Assembly (NCBI GenBank): GCA_032718475.1
Contig: JAUCBJ010007620.1
Coordinates: forward strand, 1 to 64,000
From: Nemertoderma westbladi
Lineage: Eukaryota > Animalia > Xenacoelomorpha
Length of the DNA: 64,000 bases
Direction of reading: 5' to 3'
The notes beneath the pieces are model-generated. The model made no database searches. It saw nothing but the letters and a program-made list of their open reading frames with translations, and was not told where the DNA came from. Each line of letters begins with the position of its first letter. Position 1 is the first letter of the stretch. Both the position numbers and the translations under genes were made by a program. Positions 35,567 to 46,649 of this stretch are shown here, one piece after another.

Positions 35567-36814
35567 CCCTTCTCATCATGTTGACAAACTCTTTTTAACT
35601 GTGATTTATCGACAACGAATTATGGACCCCCCTTAAACCAACTGTAACCACGCAATGGTATTTGTGTTTCCTCGTGTGTTATGTGGAGTCCAGCATCACC
35701 CTGCAGATGTTTCGACTGACGCAGGGTCGTTTATGTATAGTTTACCCTGATTTTGGTCATCGGGACCAACGATATTGGATTATTGGAAATGGCAAAGATT
35801 TGAAGTGGAATTCATTGTATTCATCGCAGTATGTTATGTTGTCTGTTGTGTGCGCAGTTCGGGGCGTAGGCGGTGTAACGAGTCCAGCTGTAGATCCCGG
35901 ATTGCCGCGCAACACCCCCTCTATCCCGTTATTCTGGTGGGTCCATGGTGCATCCACATGACTTCGACGATAGAGGGTTTTATGTTTCTCAGTCGCGTTA
36001 TTCTGGTGGGACTGTTACGTGGATTTTGGGGCGTAGGCGGTGTAACGAGTCCAGCTGTAGATCCCAGAATGTTGCGTAACCCCATCCCACATGACTTCGT
36101 CGGCTGAGCTTTATGTTGTTGGGAGTGTTATTCTGGTGGGTCCCTGGTGCATCCACATGACTTCACTCCCAGCGTCGTCATTGTCCGTTACGTGCGCAGT
36201 TTGGGGCGTAGGCGGTGTAACGAGTCCAGCTGTAGATCCCAGATTGCCGCGTAACACCCCTTCCACGACAAAGATTAACCAAAGAAGATGATTGAATGTA
36301 GTTGGAAATGATGAAAAGGATCAGACAACTCTACTATAAACCTGAATGATGACGCATATGCTGATGAAAATGTAATGATGCGCACCCTGGTGCTGCGCTT
36401 ATAACCAATGATGATAGCCGGGGGGCTATAAACCCAATGATGATGTGGAAATAAATAAATGTGAAATAAATGGTGGAAATAAATGTGTTGAAATATATGT
36501 GGAAATAAATGAAATGAGATGAAATAATAATGAAATGAAAAAAGACAAAAAAAAGGTATAAAAAAGTCTAAAGAAAAGAATTAGAAAAAAGAAAAGGACA
36601 AAAAAGTCATAAAAAACTGGTTGGATATTAATGTATAGCTATAGTAACTGTAAATGCTGAATGTATTAGCAATAAGATGATAGATGTCTATATAGCAATA
36701 TTATTTAATAAACTGAATTAAATAAAAAACTGAATTATTCTGCTATCGCTATAGTTTCAGACTTTCTGGACTTATAATTAACTGATCTAATTTGTAACGG
36801 ATATAATCGTAAAT

Positions 36815-39415
36815 ATGGACCCAAATCGCCAAATTATCGGCGAATTACGTAACACGATAGATCTACTGGAATATTCGCAACCCGGATCCCCTGACTTTGA
36901 TACAAATTGGAGCACCCTGCTAAATGAGAACGTGCGAGTCGTTAAATTCACCGGGCGAGAGGGATCAGATTCTAAGAATCTACGAGCCCTCCGGTTAGCC
37001 GATGCTAGTACGAGACTGAAAAGAACTCGGAACGCAAAGGCAACCGGAGGGGACGAGTCGTCGTTCTGGGAAACATTCCGGCAAAGCCTCTACAGATCCC
37101 GATGTTTGATCTACGACAACGAGGGAAACGCGACGCCCACCTCGAAAGCGATTACGTTGGCGAGATGCCAAAGTTTCGTCGACGACAAGAGTACGTACCT
37201 CGCCCACTGGGGAAACCTGTCGGAGTGTACGGCGACGCTTCGAGAGGAACGCGTATCGATTATCCAGAACCGAGACGACTACCAGGAAAAGTACGGGGCG
37301 AAAGAATACGGTCGATCCTTAGTCGTCGTCCTCGGAACCCTGGACGGTTTGGTACTGGTGTGCCGAATATTCCCGACACCCAGACAGGAAGTGCAGGCAG
37401 CCGGAGCGATCTGGTTGCTGCCTCCGGAAATCCAAAAGATCCTCTTCGACTTCGACGTCATTAAAATCGGGTCGGATATCAAGGCGGACGTCCGGAACGA
37501 CTACGCGAACGCTCCTGCAGGAAGAAACCGACGAGACGACCTCAATGCCCTTAGCCATTGCATCGACACTCAAACGCTACTAGCCTGGTTACGATTCGCC
37601 GAGTTCATGCGAGGATTCCAAGAGGTGAGACCGACGAAATCCGGGATCGGCTACCTCGCTGTGCTAAACGGCGGTATCGACTTCAAACCCCAGAAATTCC
37701 GGGACTATAATAAAATATATGGTGGATACCCGGGATTAGAAATAAAGAGCGAGCGAGAGGGTCGATGGAAGGACGTTGATCGGAAGTGGACGATACACCA
37801 AAGGTGGGAAAATCCCGATCGACGGAACTACGTTTACGTCGTTATGGAATGCTACACCGTCGCTAAGTTTATCTGTAAAACTCTCGATAACCTTATTACG
37901 GCGATCCCGCTTTCCTTCGTCGACTACGACTGGAACGAGGTCATACACCACGCGTTCAAAGCGGTCGAGAACATCGCACCGGGAGAGACTAAAACGCTCG
38001 CCGTTATCGATTCCTGGGACGAGAGCGGGCCTTACGACATCCCTACGATTACCCAACTTCTCGGTGCGGAGGAGCCTCTGATCTCTTCGGAAGGGGAAGA
38101 GATATGGCTAAACGAGGGTGTTCTACTCTCCACCCCGAAGCGACAACTCGAGCCGGAGGCCGCGTATGGACCGGCCGCCAAACGGGTTGCCTCAGCCGAA
38201 CCGATGAAGAGAGCAGGCGTCTACACCCCACGCGGCTCTGGTAGCCCCGCGAGGGAGGTAGCCACTACAGCTGCATTGAGCGACTTCGGCGACATATGCC
38301 AACGGTTATCCCCGTATCCTTTCCCGGGTGGCGAAGATTGGTCGTCGGAGATTCCGAGTACCAGCCACCAACGGACCCGCTCAGCGATACTGGTCGAGGA
38401 GGGCCCCAGCGATGCGCTGACCCCCGACGATCTCCTCGGTATCCCTCCGTCTAAAACCCCGGCACCTCTTCGCCGACCAGCGGTGGCTACTACACCCGCC
38501 GTTCCTCAGCACCCTATGCGACTAACCCGTTGGTACGCCGAGCAAACTGAATGGATCCACCGCCAGAAACGGTCGTCCGAGTTGAGACCAGCGGGACACA
38601 AAGAAGGTTATCGGAGCGAGAACCTACTACGCAACAGCCTAGCATTCCGCGGGCTACCGACCACCGCGAATATTCCGAAGAGCGACCGACGACTCGAATA
38701 CTACGTCGGCTGCCCGATTCCGATATTCCCCGGTCGAGAGATGCAATTGGAGGTTTGCGGCAACTGCGGCTCGGAGCAGTGCCCACGCGGCAGAAGGAAT
38801 CGGGTTACCGATTCGTGCCTCCAGCTCATCGGGATACTCTATTGCCCATACTGCGCGACATCGGGCCACGACGTTTCCGTCTGCCCGATCCTATATAACC
38901 TCTGCACCACGTGCGGTTTCCGTGGACATTCCTCTAGCCCCCGCTGCTATATCAAATGTCCAACCAAGGACGTAACCGCTATGGGAAATATGGTCATGTT
39001 TGAAACATACGCAAACAGCCACTTAAAGACCAAGGTTCGGAGAAACGCTCGGAATATCGCGCAGGAGATGGCGTGCAGGTATTTCTCCTTCCCGGAACGC
39101 CTCCACACGTCGGCCACGCTACCATTCCATTACGTGGATCTGCTACTGAGCGCCGGATTATTCGGTCCATTTGAAGTCATTCGACGATTATACTCGTATA
39201 AAGAGGATTTTGGTGACGGAGAATGGTTCCTAGAGGCACGCAAATCTGAGTTGGAAAGACGAACCGACATGATCCCTATGCCATCGAAAGGAAGAGCCGC
39301 CAGGAGACAAGCCGAAGCGTTACTCACGATGGATGTTGACGCTCCTCTACCAGCTATAGCGATCGATGAGAGTCGACGGGCGAAGAGACGAAAGGCGTAT
39401 CAGAGAAAGAAATAG
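36815..39415 (+). CDS. Extra ORF (866 aa) in the env position: DEDDy/WRN-like 3'-5' exonuclease fold, disordered linker, C-terminal CCHC zinc knuckles
   Basis: Exonuclease-like motifs 'LLPPEIQKILFDFDVIKIGSDIKAD', 'CIDTQTL', 'SGIGYLA' and 'WENPDRRNYVYVVMECY'. Cys motifs CGNC, CPYCATSGHDVSVC and CTTCGFRGHSSSPRC. No signal peptide or transmembrane segment is evident. Confidence 0.8.
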   Translation: MDPNRQIIGELRNTIDLLEYSQPGSPDFDTNWSTLLNENVRVVKFTGREGSDSKNLRALRLADASTRLKRTRNAKATGGDESSFWETFRQSLYRSRCLIYDNEGNATPTSKAITLARCQSFVDDKSTYLAHWGNLSECTATLREERVSIIQNRDDYQEKYGAKEYGRSLVVVLGTLDGLVLVCRIFPTPRQEVQAAGAIWLLPPEIQKILFDFDVIKIGSDIKADVRNDYANAPAGRNRRDDLNALSHCIDTQTLLAWLRFAEFMRGFQEVRPTKSGIGYLAVLNGGIDFKPQKFRDYNKIYGGYPGLEIKSEREGRWKDVDRKWTIHQRWENPDRRNYVYVVMECYTVAKFICKTLDNLITAIPLSFVDYDWNEVIHHAFKAVENIAPGETKTLAVIDSWDESGPYDIPTITQLLGAEEPLISSEGEEIWLNEGVLLSTPKRQLEPEAAYGPAAKRVASAEPMKRAGVYTPRGSGSPAREVATTAALSDFGDICQRLSPYPFPGGEDWSSEIPSTSHQRTRSAILVEEGPSDALTPDDLLGIPPSKTPAPLRRPAVATTPAVPQHPMRLTRWYAEQTEWIHRQKRSSELRPAGHKEGYRSENLLRNSLAFRGLPTTANIPKSDRRLEYYVGCPIPIFPGREMQLEVCGNCGSEQCPRGRRNRVTDSCLQLIGILYCPYCATSGHDVSVCPILYNLCTTCGFRGHSSSPRCYIKCPTKDVTAMGNMVMFETYANSHLKTKVRRNARNIAQEMACRYFSFPERLHTSATLPFHYVDLLLSAGLFGPFEVIRRLYSYKEDFGDGEWFLEARKSELERRTDMIPMPSKGRAARRQAEALLTMDVDAPLPAIAIDESRRAKRRKAYQRKK

Positions 39416-39580
39416 TGGATCGGGATATTCCAGGAACATTTATCGAACATTTATTTTTATACAAACTCTAGGCCAAATTAATTAAAAACTATGCAATATT
39501 AAATTTGGGTTTTTTATATTGGGAATGACCTACGCAAACTCAATCGACCGACAGACTTCACGAAGGTCATTGGGGGGGAC

Positions 39581-41177
39581 TGTTCGCGGTATTTCAACTT
39601 TCCATAACGCGAGTTGAATATTTCCGTATTTTATTAAAATTGATTATTCCGATATTACTACTGGGTGTGGGACCATGGGTTTTGGGCACATTCAATAAAC
39701 TGGGGGCGATTTATGGGCGAACTTTGGGGCGACTTACAGGGTACGGGAATAATTTCATAGTTATAAGGGCCAGGGGGGGGGATGGAAAATTCAAGCAGTA
39801 TTCAGGTTAGCCTGAGTACTATTAGGCCCTGGCCAACTTCCTGCTGCCTGTAGGGGTGGATTTGGTAATGCGCCAGGCCTAAAGGACAGGTAATGCGCCA
39901 GGCGACTGCCCTTAGCGGTCCCTGGCCAACAGCAGTTATTACGAGACTGAAAAGAACTCGGAACACTGACTGCTTGTGTCAGGGATTTGCGACAGGAAAC
40001 GACAGCCCCTTAGTAGCCAAGCCGTTCTGGTTCTCGATGATCGAACCCTTCGGGGTTCGTGAGGGGTGGAGCGGACACGCGAACGCGTGGCCGACTAACG
40101 ACTGCCCCCTGAGCTAAGCCGTACTGGTTCTCGATGACCGATCCCTTCGGGGTTCGCGAGGGGTGGGACGGACATGCGAAAGGGCTGGCCACAGGACGGG
40201 TTTGATGAGGACTGCCCTTAGCGGTCTCTGGTCAACGGCAGCTATTACGAGACTGAAAAGAACTCAGAACGCTGACTGCTTGTACCGGGGATCTGCGACG
40301 GGAACTGACGACAGACCCCTTAGCCAAGCCGAACTGGTTCTCGATGATCATTCCCTTCGGGGTTCGTGAGGGGTGGAACGGACACGCGACGGGGTCGAAA
40401 GACAAAGGACTAGACTCTACTGGCCTACCGACTGTTCGGAGCAGTTTCTCGGCTGCCGAAGCGACTACGAGCCTGAAAGGGACTCGGAAAGCCTAGGTGG
40501 TTGGGTTTCTGCGATGAACCGACGGACCCCTAGCCAAGCCGTTCTGGTTCTCGATGATCGAACCCTTCGGGGTTAGTGAGGGGTGGAACGGACACGCGAA
40601 CTGGTCCACCGACACGACAGACTCCTAGCCAAGCCGTACTGGTTCTCGATGACCGATCCCTTCGGGGTTCGAGAGGGGCGGTACGGATACGCGACAGAGT
40701 CTACCGACTGGACCGACCCTTAGCCAAGCCGGGCTGGTTCTCGATGATCGTTCCCTTCGGGGTTCGTGAGGGGTGGAACGGACACGCGACAGGGTCGACC
40801 GACACCGACACTACGGCACTAAGACTAGGACCGAGGGAAAATCTGGGGAACATTAGGTAGGCTAAAATCTGAGCGAACAGTGGGTAATTAAATAATATAC
40901 CGTAGGGATTTATATTGTCGTGTATAATTATTGTGAATATTTGGTGTATATTGATTTGGGGAAGCCCAAAATTATTCTTAATCAGGTTTCAACTGTAGGA
41001 AGTTACATTAAAGAGTATATCCAACTAATGCAGCTTTTTATCAACCGCAAACTTGCATCTCAGAAAACATTCCTTCTCCACAATCAATATCCGGTGACTG
41101 GCCGGGACTCCGTGGTCTGTAAAGCCCCGCCTCCAGCATCGGCGTTTTTCCCCCCTGGTGTCGGGATAACGGCAACA
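39581..41177 (+). repeat. 3' LTR (1597 bp); has about 210 bp of extra repeat units compared with the 5' LTR
   Basis: Direct comparison of the two LTRs. Confidence 0.95.
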
Positions 41178-44081
41178 CCTACTACCAACCTAACCCCTAC
41201 CCTACGTCCCTGTACCAACCTAACCCATACCCTACTACCAACCTAACCCCTACCCTACTACCAACCTAACCCCTACCCTACTACCAACCTAACCCCTACC
41301 CTACGTCCCTGCTGTACCAACCTAACCCCTACCCTACGTCCCTGCTGTACCAACCTAACCCCTACCCTACGTCCCTGTACCAACCTAACCCCTACCCTAC
41401 GTCCCTGTACCAACCTAACCCCTACCCTACTACCAACCTAACCCCTACCCTACGTCCCTGTACCAACCTAACCCCTACCCTACTACCAACCTAACCCCTA
41501 CCCTACGTCCCTGTACCAACCTAACCCCTACCCTACGTCCCTGTACCAACCTAACCCCTACCCTACGTCCCTGTACCAACCTAACCCCTACCCTACGTCC
41601 CTGTACCAACCTAACCCCTACCCTACGTCCCTGTACCAACCTAACCCCTACCCTACTACCAACCTAACCCCTACCCTTCGTCCCTGTACCAACCTAACCC
41701 CTACCCTACGTCCCTGTACCAACCTAACCCCTACCCTACGTCCCTGTACCAACCTAACCCCTACCCTACTACCAACCTAACCCCTACCCTACGTCCCTGT
41801 ACCAACCTAACCCCTACCCTACGTCCCTGTACCAACCTAACCCCTACCCTACGTCCCTGTACCAACCTAACCCCTACCCTACGTCCCTGCTGTACCAACA
41901 TAACCCCTACCCTACTACCAACCTAACCCCTACCCTACGTCCCTGTACCAACCTAACCCCTACCCTACGTCCCTGTACCAACCTAACCCCTACCCTACTA
42001 CCAACCTAACCCCTACCCTACGTCCCTGTACCAACCTAACCCCTACCCTACGTCCCTGTACCAACCTAACCCCTACCCTACGTCCCTGCTGTACCAACCA
42101 AACCCCTACCCTACTACCAACCTAACCCCTACCCTACGTCCCTGTACCAACCTAACCCCTACCCTACTACCAACCTAACCCCTACCCTACGTCCCTGTAC
42201 CAACCTAACCCCTACCCTACTACCAACCTAACCCCTACCCTACGTCCCTGTACCAACCTAACCCCTACCCTACTACCAACCTAACCCCTACCCTACGTCC
42301 CTGTACCAACCTAACCCCTACCCTACTACCAACCTAACCCCTACCCTACGTCCCTGTACCAACCTAACCCCTACCCTACTACCAACCTAACCCCTACCCT
42401 ACGTCCCTGCTGTACCAACCTAACCCCTACCCTACTACCAACCTAACCCCTACCCTACGTCCCTGTACCAACCTAACCCCTACCTTACTACCAACCTAAC
42501 CCCTACCCTACGTCCCTGTACCAACCTAACCCCTACCCTACTACCAACCTAACCCCTACCCTACGTCCCTGTACCAACCTAACCCCTACCCTACTACCAA
42601 CCTAACCCCTACCCTACGTCCCTGTACCAACCTAACCCCTACCCTACGTCCCTGCTGTACCAACCTAACCCCTACCCTACTACCAACCTAACCCCTACCC
42701 TACGTCCCTGTACCAACCTAACCCCTACCCTACTACCAACCTAACCCCTACCCTACGTCCCTGCTGTACCAACCTAACCCCTACCCTACGTCCCTGTACC
42801 AACCTAACCCCTACCCTACGTCCCTGTACCAACCTAACCCCTACCCTACGTCCCTGTACCAACCTAACCCCTACCCTACGTCCCTGTACCAACCTAACCC
42901 CTACCCTACTACCAACCTAACCCCTACCCTACGTCCCTGTACCAACCTAACCCCTACCCTACGTCCCTGTACCAACCTAACCCCTACCCTACTCCCTGTA
43001 CCAACCTAACCCCTACCCTACGTCCCTGTACCAACCTAACCCCTACCCTACGTCCCTGTACCAACCTAACCCCTACCCTACGTCCCTGTACCAACCTAAC
43101 CCCTACCCTACGTCCCTGTACCAACCTAACCCCTACCCTACGTCCCTGTACCAACCTAACCCCTACCCTACGTCCCTGTACCAACCTAACCCCTACCCTA
43201 CATCCCTGTACCAACCTAACCCCTACCCTACGTCCCGGTACCAACCTAACCCCTACCCTACTACCAACCTAACCCCTACCCTACGTCCCTGCTGTACCAA
43301 CCTAACCCCTACCCTACATCCCTGTACCAACCTAACCCCTACCCTACGTCCCTGTACCAACCTAACCCCTACCCTACGTCCCTGTACCAACCTAACCCCT
43401 ACCCTACGTCCCTGTACCAACCTAACCCCTACCCTACGTCCCTGTACCAACCTAACCCCTACCCTACATCCCTGTACCAACCTAACCCCTACCCTACGTC
43501 CCTGTACCAACCTAACCCCTACCCTACTACCAACCTAACCACTACCCTACGTCCCTGTACCAACCTAACCCCTACCCTACATCCCTGCTGTACCAACCTA
43601 ACCCCTACCCTACGTCCCGGTACCAACCTAACCCCTACCCTACTACCAACCTAACCCCTACCCTACGTCCCTGCTGTACCAACCTAACCCCTACCCTACG
43701 TCCCTGTACCAACCTAACCCCTACCCTACATCCCTGTACCAACCTAACCCCTACCCTACGTCCCTGTACCAACCTAACCCCTACCCTACATCCCTGCTGT
43801 ACCAACCTAACCCCTACCCTACGTCCCTGTACCAACCTAACCCCTACCCTACGTCCCTGCTGTACCAACCTAACCCCTACCCTTCATCCCTGCTGTACCA
43901 ACCTAACCCCTACCCTACGTCCCGGTACCAACCTAACCCCTACCCTACGTCCCTGTACCAACCTAACCCCTACCCTACTACCAACCTAACCCCTACCCTA
44001 CTACCAACCTAACCCCTACCCTACTACCAACCTAACCCCTACCCTACTACCAACCTAACCCCTACCCTACTACCAACCTAC
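41178..44081. repeat. Same minisatellite, right part; abuts the exon 1 splice donor
   Basis: Directly visible tandem array with the same units as 24931-26900. Confidence 0.97.
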
Positions 44082-44337
44082 CTTGCATACAGGCATAGCT
44101 AAGCGCATTCCTTCCTTTATTATCAAACAAACCAATATTCGAATTTCGACCTATAAGAAGATGCGTCATTTTCTCAGCCGTTCCTACGTTACCAACAAAC
44201 GAACACAGCATCAAGGCTGTTCGCCCTTGGGAATCTCGTCTGTTTATATTGCTCGTTGCTTGGCGACATAATAGTCTAAGTTGGTGCAATCTGCCATCTA
44301 ATACAGCGGTATGCAATGCCGGTAAAGGGGAAGCCAT
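44082..44337 (-). CDS. Ankyrin-repeat protein (ANKRD63-like), coding exon 1
   Basis: MASPLPALHTAVLDGRL...DSQGRTALMLC...DNKGRNALSYACMQG, ending at a phase-1 donor CAAG|GTAGGT. Confidence 0.85.
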
Positions 44338-45899
44338 ATTAAGTTTATTTGTTAATGGCGAAATGTAAAACTAAATATGCAAAAAAGAAAGAGTTCGTTG
44401 ATATTTGATATTCTACTAAATTAATAATACTATTATTAGAAAATTATTATACGTCTAAATTATAAAAAAACTGCGAGCTAGTGATTATAGCCAAATAATT
44501 GTAAATTGGATCTTCAAGGTGTTGTGTAAAAAGCCAATTGCCCGTAAATTTCTTGTTGACTGTAAAATAATAGCCAAAATACGTTCGTTACCTTGCATAG
44601 AATTATTATGCATTTTAAATCTTGCTTATTCAAATAATGCTAATTTAAATTAAATTAATGCCGCTGTTATTAATTAATTATTAACCCAGAATAATATCGA
44701 TTTCATATTATTGGCTCTAGTAGGTATAATTGTCTATTCAGAACTATTTGGCATATACCAGTGGCTAAATTATAAGATTATCTTACATAATCACATGCAG
44801 TAATGCCTGAAGACAACATTAACTTATACCCGTTAATAAAATGTTATTCATTAGTAGTAATTAACTAAGGATGTATTTGTATAATATTTAAAGAACACTG
44901 GCAACTGGCACATTAAAAATCTTCATAGACCCATGTTATGGCAGATATATGTATTTATAACAGCAGTATCATCAATTACTCACACCCGGGGGGTACTAAT
45001 TATGAGCACAATATCTCGTAGAATGGTAAGCTGAGAGTATTGTGTTTCAGGGGATTATGAATCCAAAATACGTTAGCCCCCCAAACGTAGCTTATGTATC
45101 TATGAATATTGATTTTTTATGTATTGAATTAAATATATATAATGTATTAGAATAGTTGATAGTGCTCTCCATAGCTAAAAAAATTAACAGAACCTATAAC
45201 TTTATAAATTGAGAAAATTAATCATATAATAAGAATAACTGGGTAGTGACTAGTGAGTGATAAAAATAAGTGATTAAAATAAAATAATTTATTAATGAAG
45301 TACTTTTTGCAAAACTTTTACTGAACGTTTTGCAGAAATTTGAATTATAGTAATTGAATAGAAAGATAATGAAGTTTCCATTTAAAGCTTAAAAAATTGT
45401 TGTACTTGAAACACATGCCTGCGATAAGGCCGCAAATTATATTGAGTAATTTTGCTGTAGCGGGAAATGCTAAAGTGAAAGAAACAATCACTGTATATTT
45501 ATTTCTATGTGGCAATGTATCCTTTATCTAATAGTCCAGCATCGTGAAGTACTAAAACCACAATATTCTCACTATTTGAGAGTTTATTTATTTATTACCG
45601 GAATATAGGCCCGAACCTTTCTTTATATTGTAAAAATTAATCAACTTCACCGCCTTATTGTGGCCAAGGCAAGACTTAGTCTGCGTGCTAGCAGAACAAC
45701 GAAATCTGCCTTGCCACGGCATATAACTAATCCTCTCTGTTGCAGTTGCAACAGACGAGTAGTGTAAGATCCAGCTTCTTTCTATCTGCTGAGCAACAGG
45801 TATGAGGTTCTTGCCTCTGAGGTGGCAGATCACTGCGAGGGCTATACAGCCTTCAGAGAAGCAGTTAGTTAGCAACTGCAGAGACAGTTCCAGTTGGTA

Positions 45900-46645
45900 G
45901 ATAGTCTAGGGACGATTCATTCTCTAGTATAGGTGTGTTTTTGTCTAATTTATTTCCAACACTAATGTAGTGATCATTGAAAACAGTTGCGATGTCAGTG
46001 GGGTCAGTGTGTGTGTACGTGTGAATATCTTGTACAATCAGGGTTGGTGAAGCTGTTTTGTTTCATTTGTTTATTAAAGTGTTTAGATTTTTCCACACTA
46101 ATCGGATGTTTTGTTGTTTGATGTAGAGGGACCGATTATAGTAATTCTTTTTGGATGTCCGTATCAGACTGTCTAGTATGTTTCTGTAGGTTTTTTATTT
46201 TGCTAAGTTTTCATGTTTTTTAATGTATTTCCCATAGATTCGGTCTCTACGCTTCAGTGCTATGATTATGCTATCTGTGATTCAGGGTTTGAGGTTTAGA
46301 ACCGTATCATAGGCGTCATCACTTGTGGACTGATGGTAGACATCACTCCAGTCTTAAAAGCCTGTTGTTTCGGTTGTTTGTTTTTCTACGATATATGAAT
46401 TTTTGGGGTTGTTTTTGTCTTGTTGGATTATCCGTCAATAGAAATATTGGCAAATGATCAGATATTGGTGCTATAATTATTCCCGATTTTAGGTGTGCAT
46501 CTGTGTTGGTGTATATATTATCAATAAGTGTGGCAGTGTGATCCATTATGCGTGTTGGTTTTGAAATAGAGTGAGTCTAGTTAAATGTAGTCATAAATTG
46601 AAAAAAATCAGCGCTGTGTGTGTAATGTTCTGTTTTAAATAGATG
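45900..46645 (-). mobile_element. Decayed CR1/L2-like LINE ORF2 fragment (end of endonuclease)
   Basis: 'TATLIDNIYTN...SGIIIAPISDHLPIF'. Confidence 0.75.
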
Positions 46646-46649
46646 TGCA

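Larger units (their letters stand above)
26901..41177 (+). mobile_element. Full-length BEL/Pao LTR retrotransposon with an extra ORF
   Basis: LTRs read TGTT...AACA; TSD CCTAC at 26896-26900 and 41178-41182; G-rich PPT just before 39581; BEL-type gag-pol. Confidence 0.97.

Noticed and set aside
37007-37033. 28S rRNA sarcin-ricin loop fragment (AGTACGAGA...GGAAC)
   Set aside because: There is no flanking rRNA similarity. The match reflects a shared loop-E motif inside an ORF.
36815-39415. Envelope glycoprotein
   Set aside because: No signal peptide or transmembrane anchor is visible; the motifs point to an exonuclease fold and zinc knuckles.
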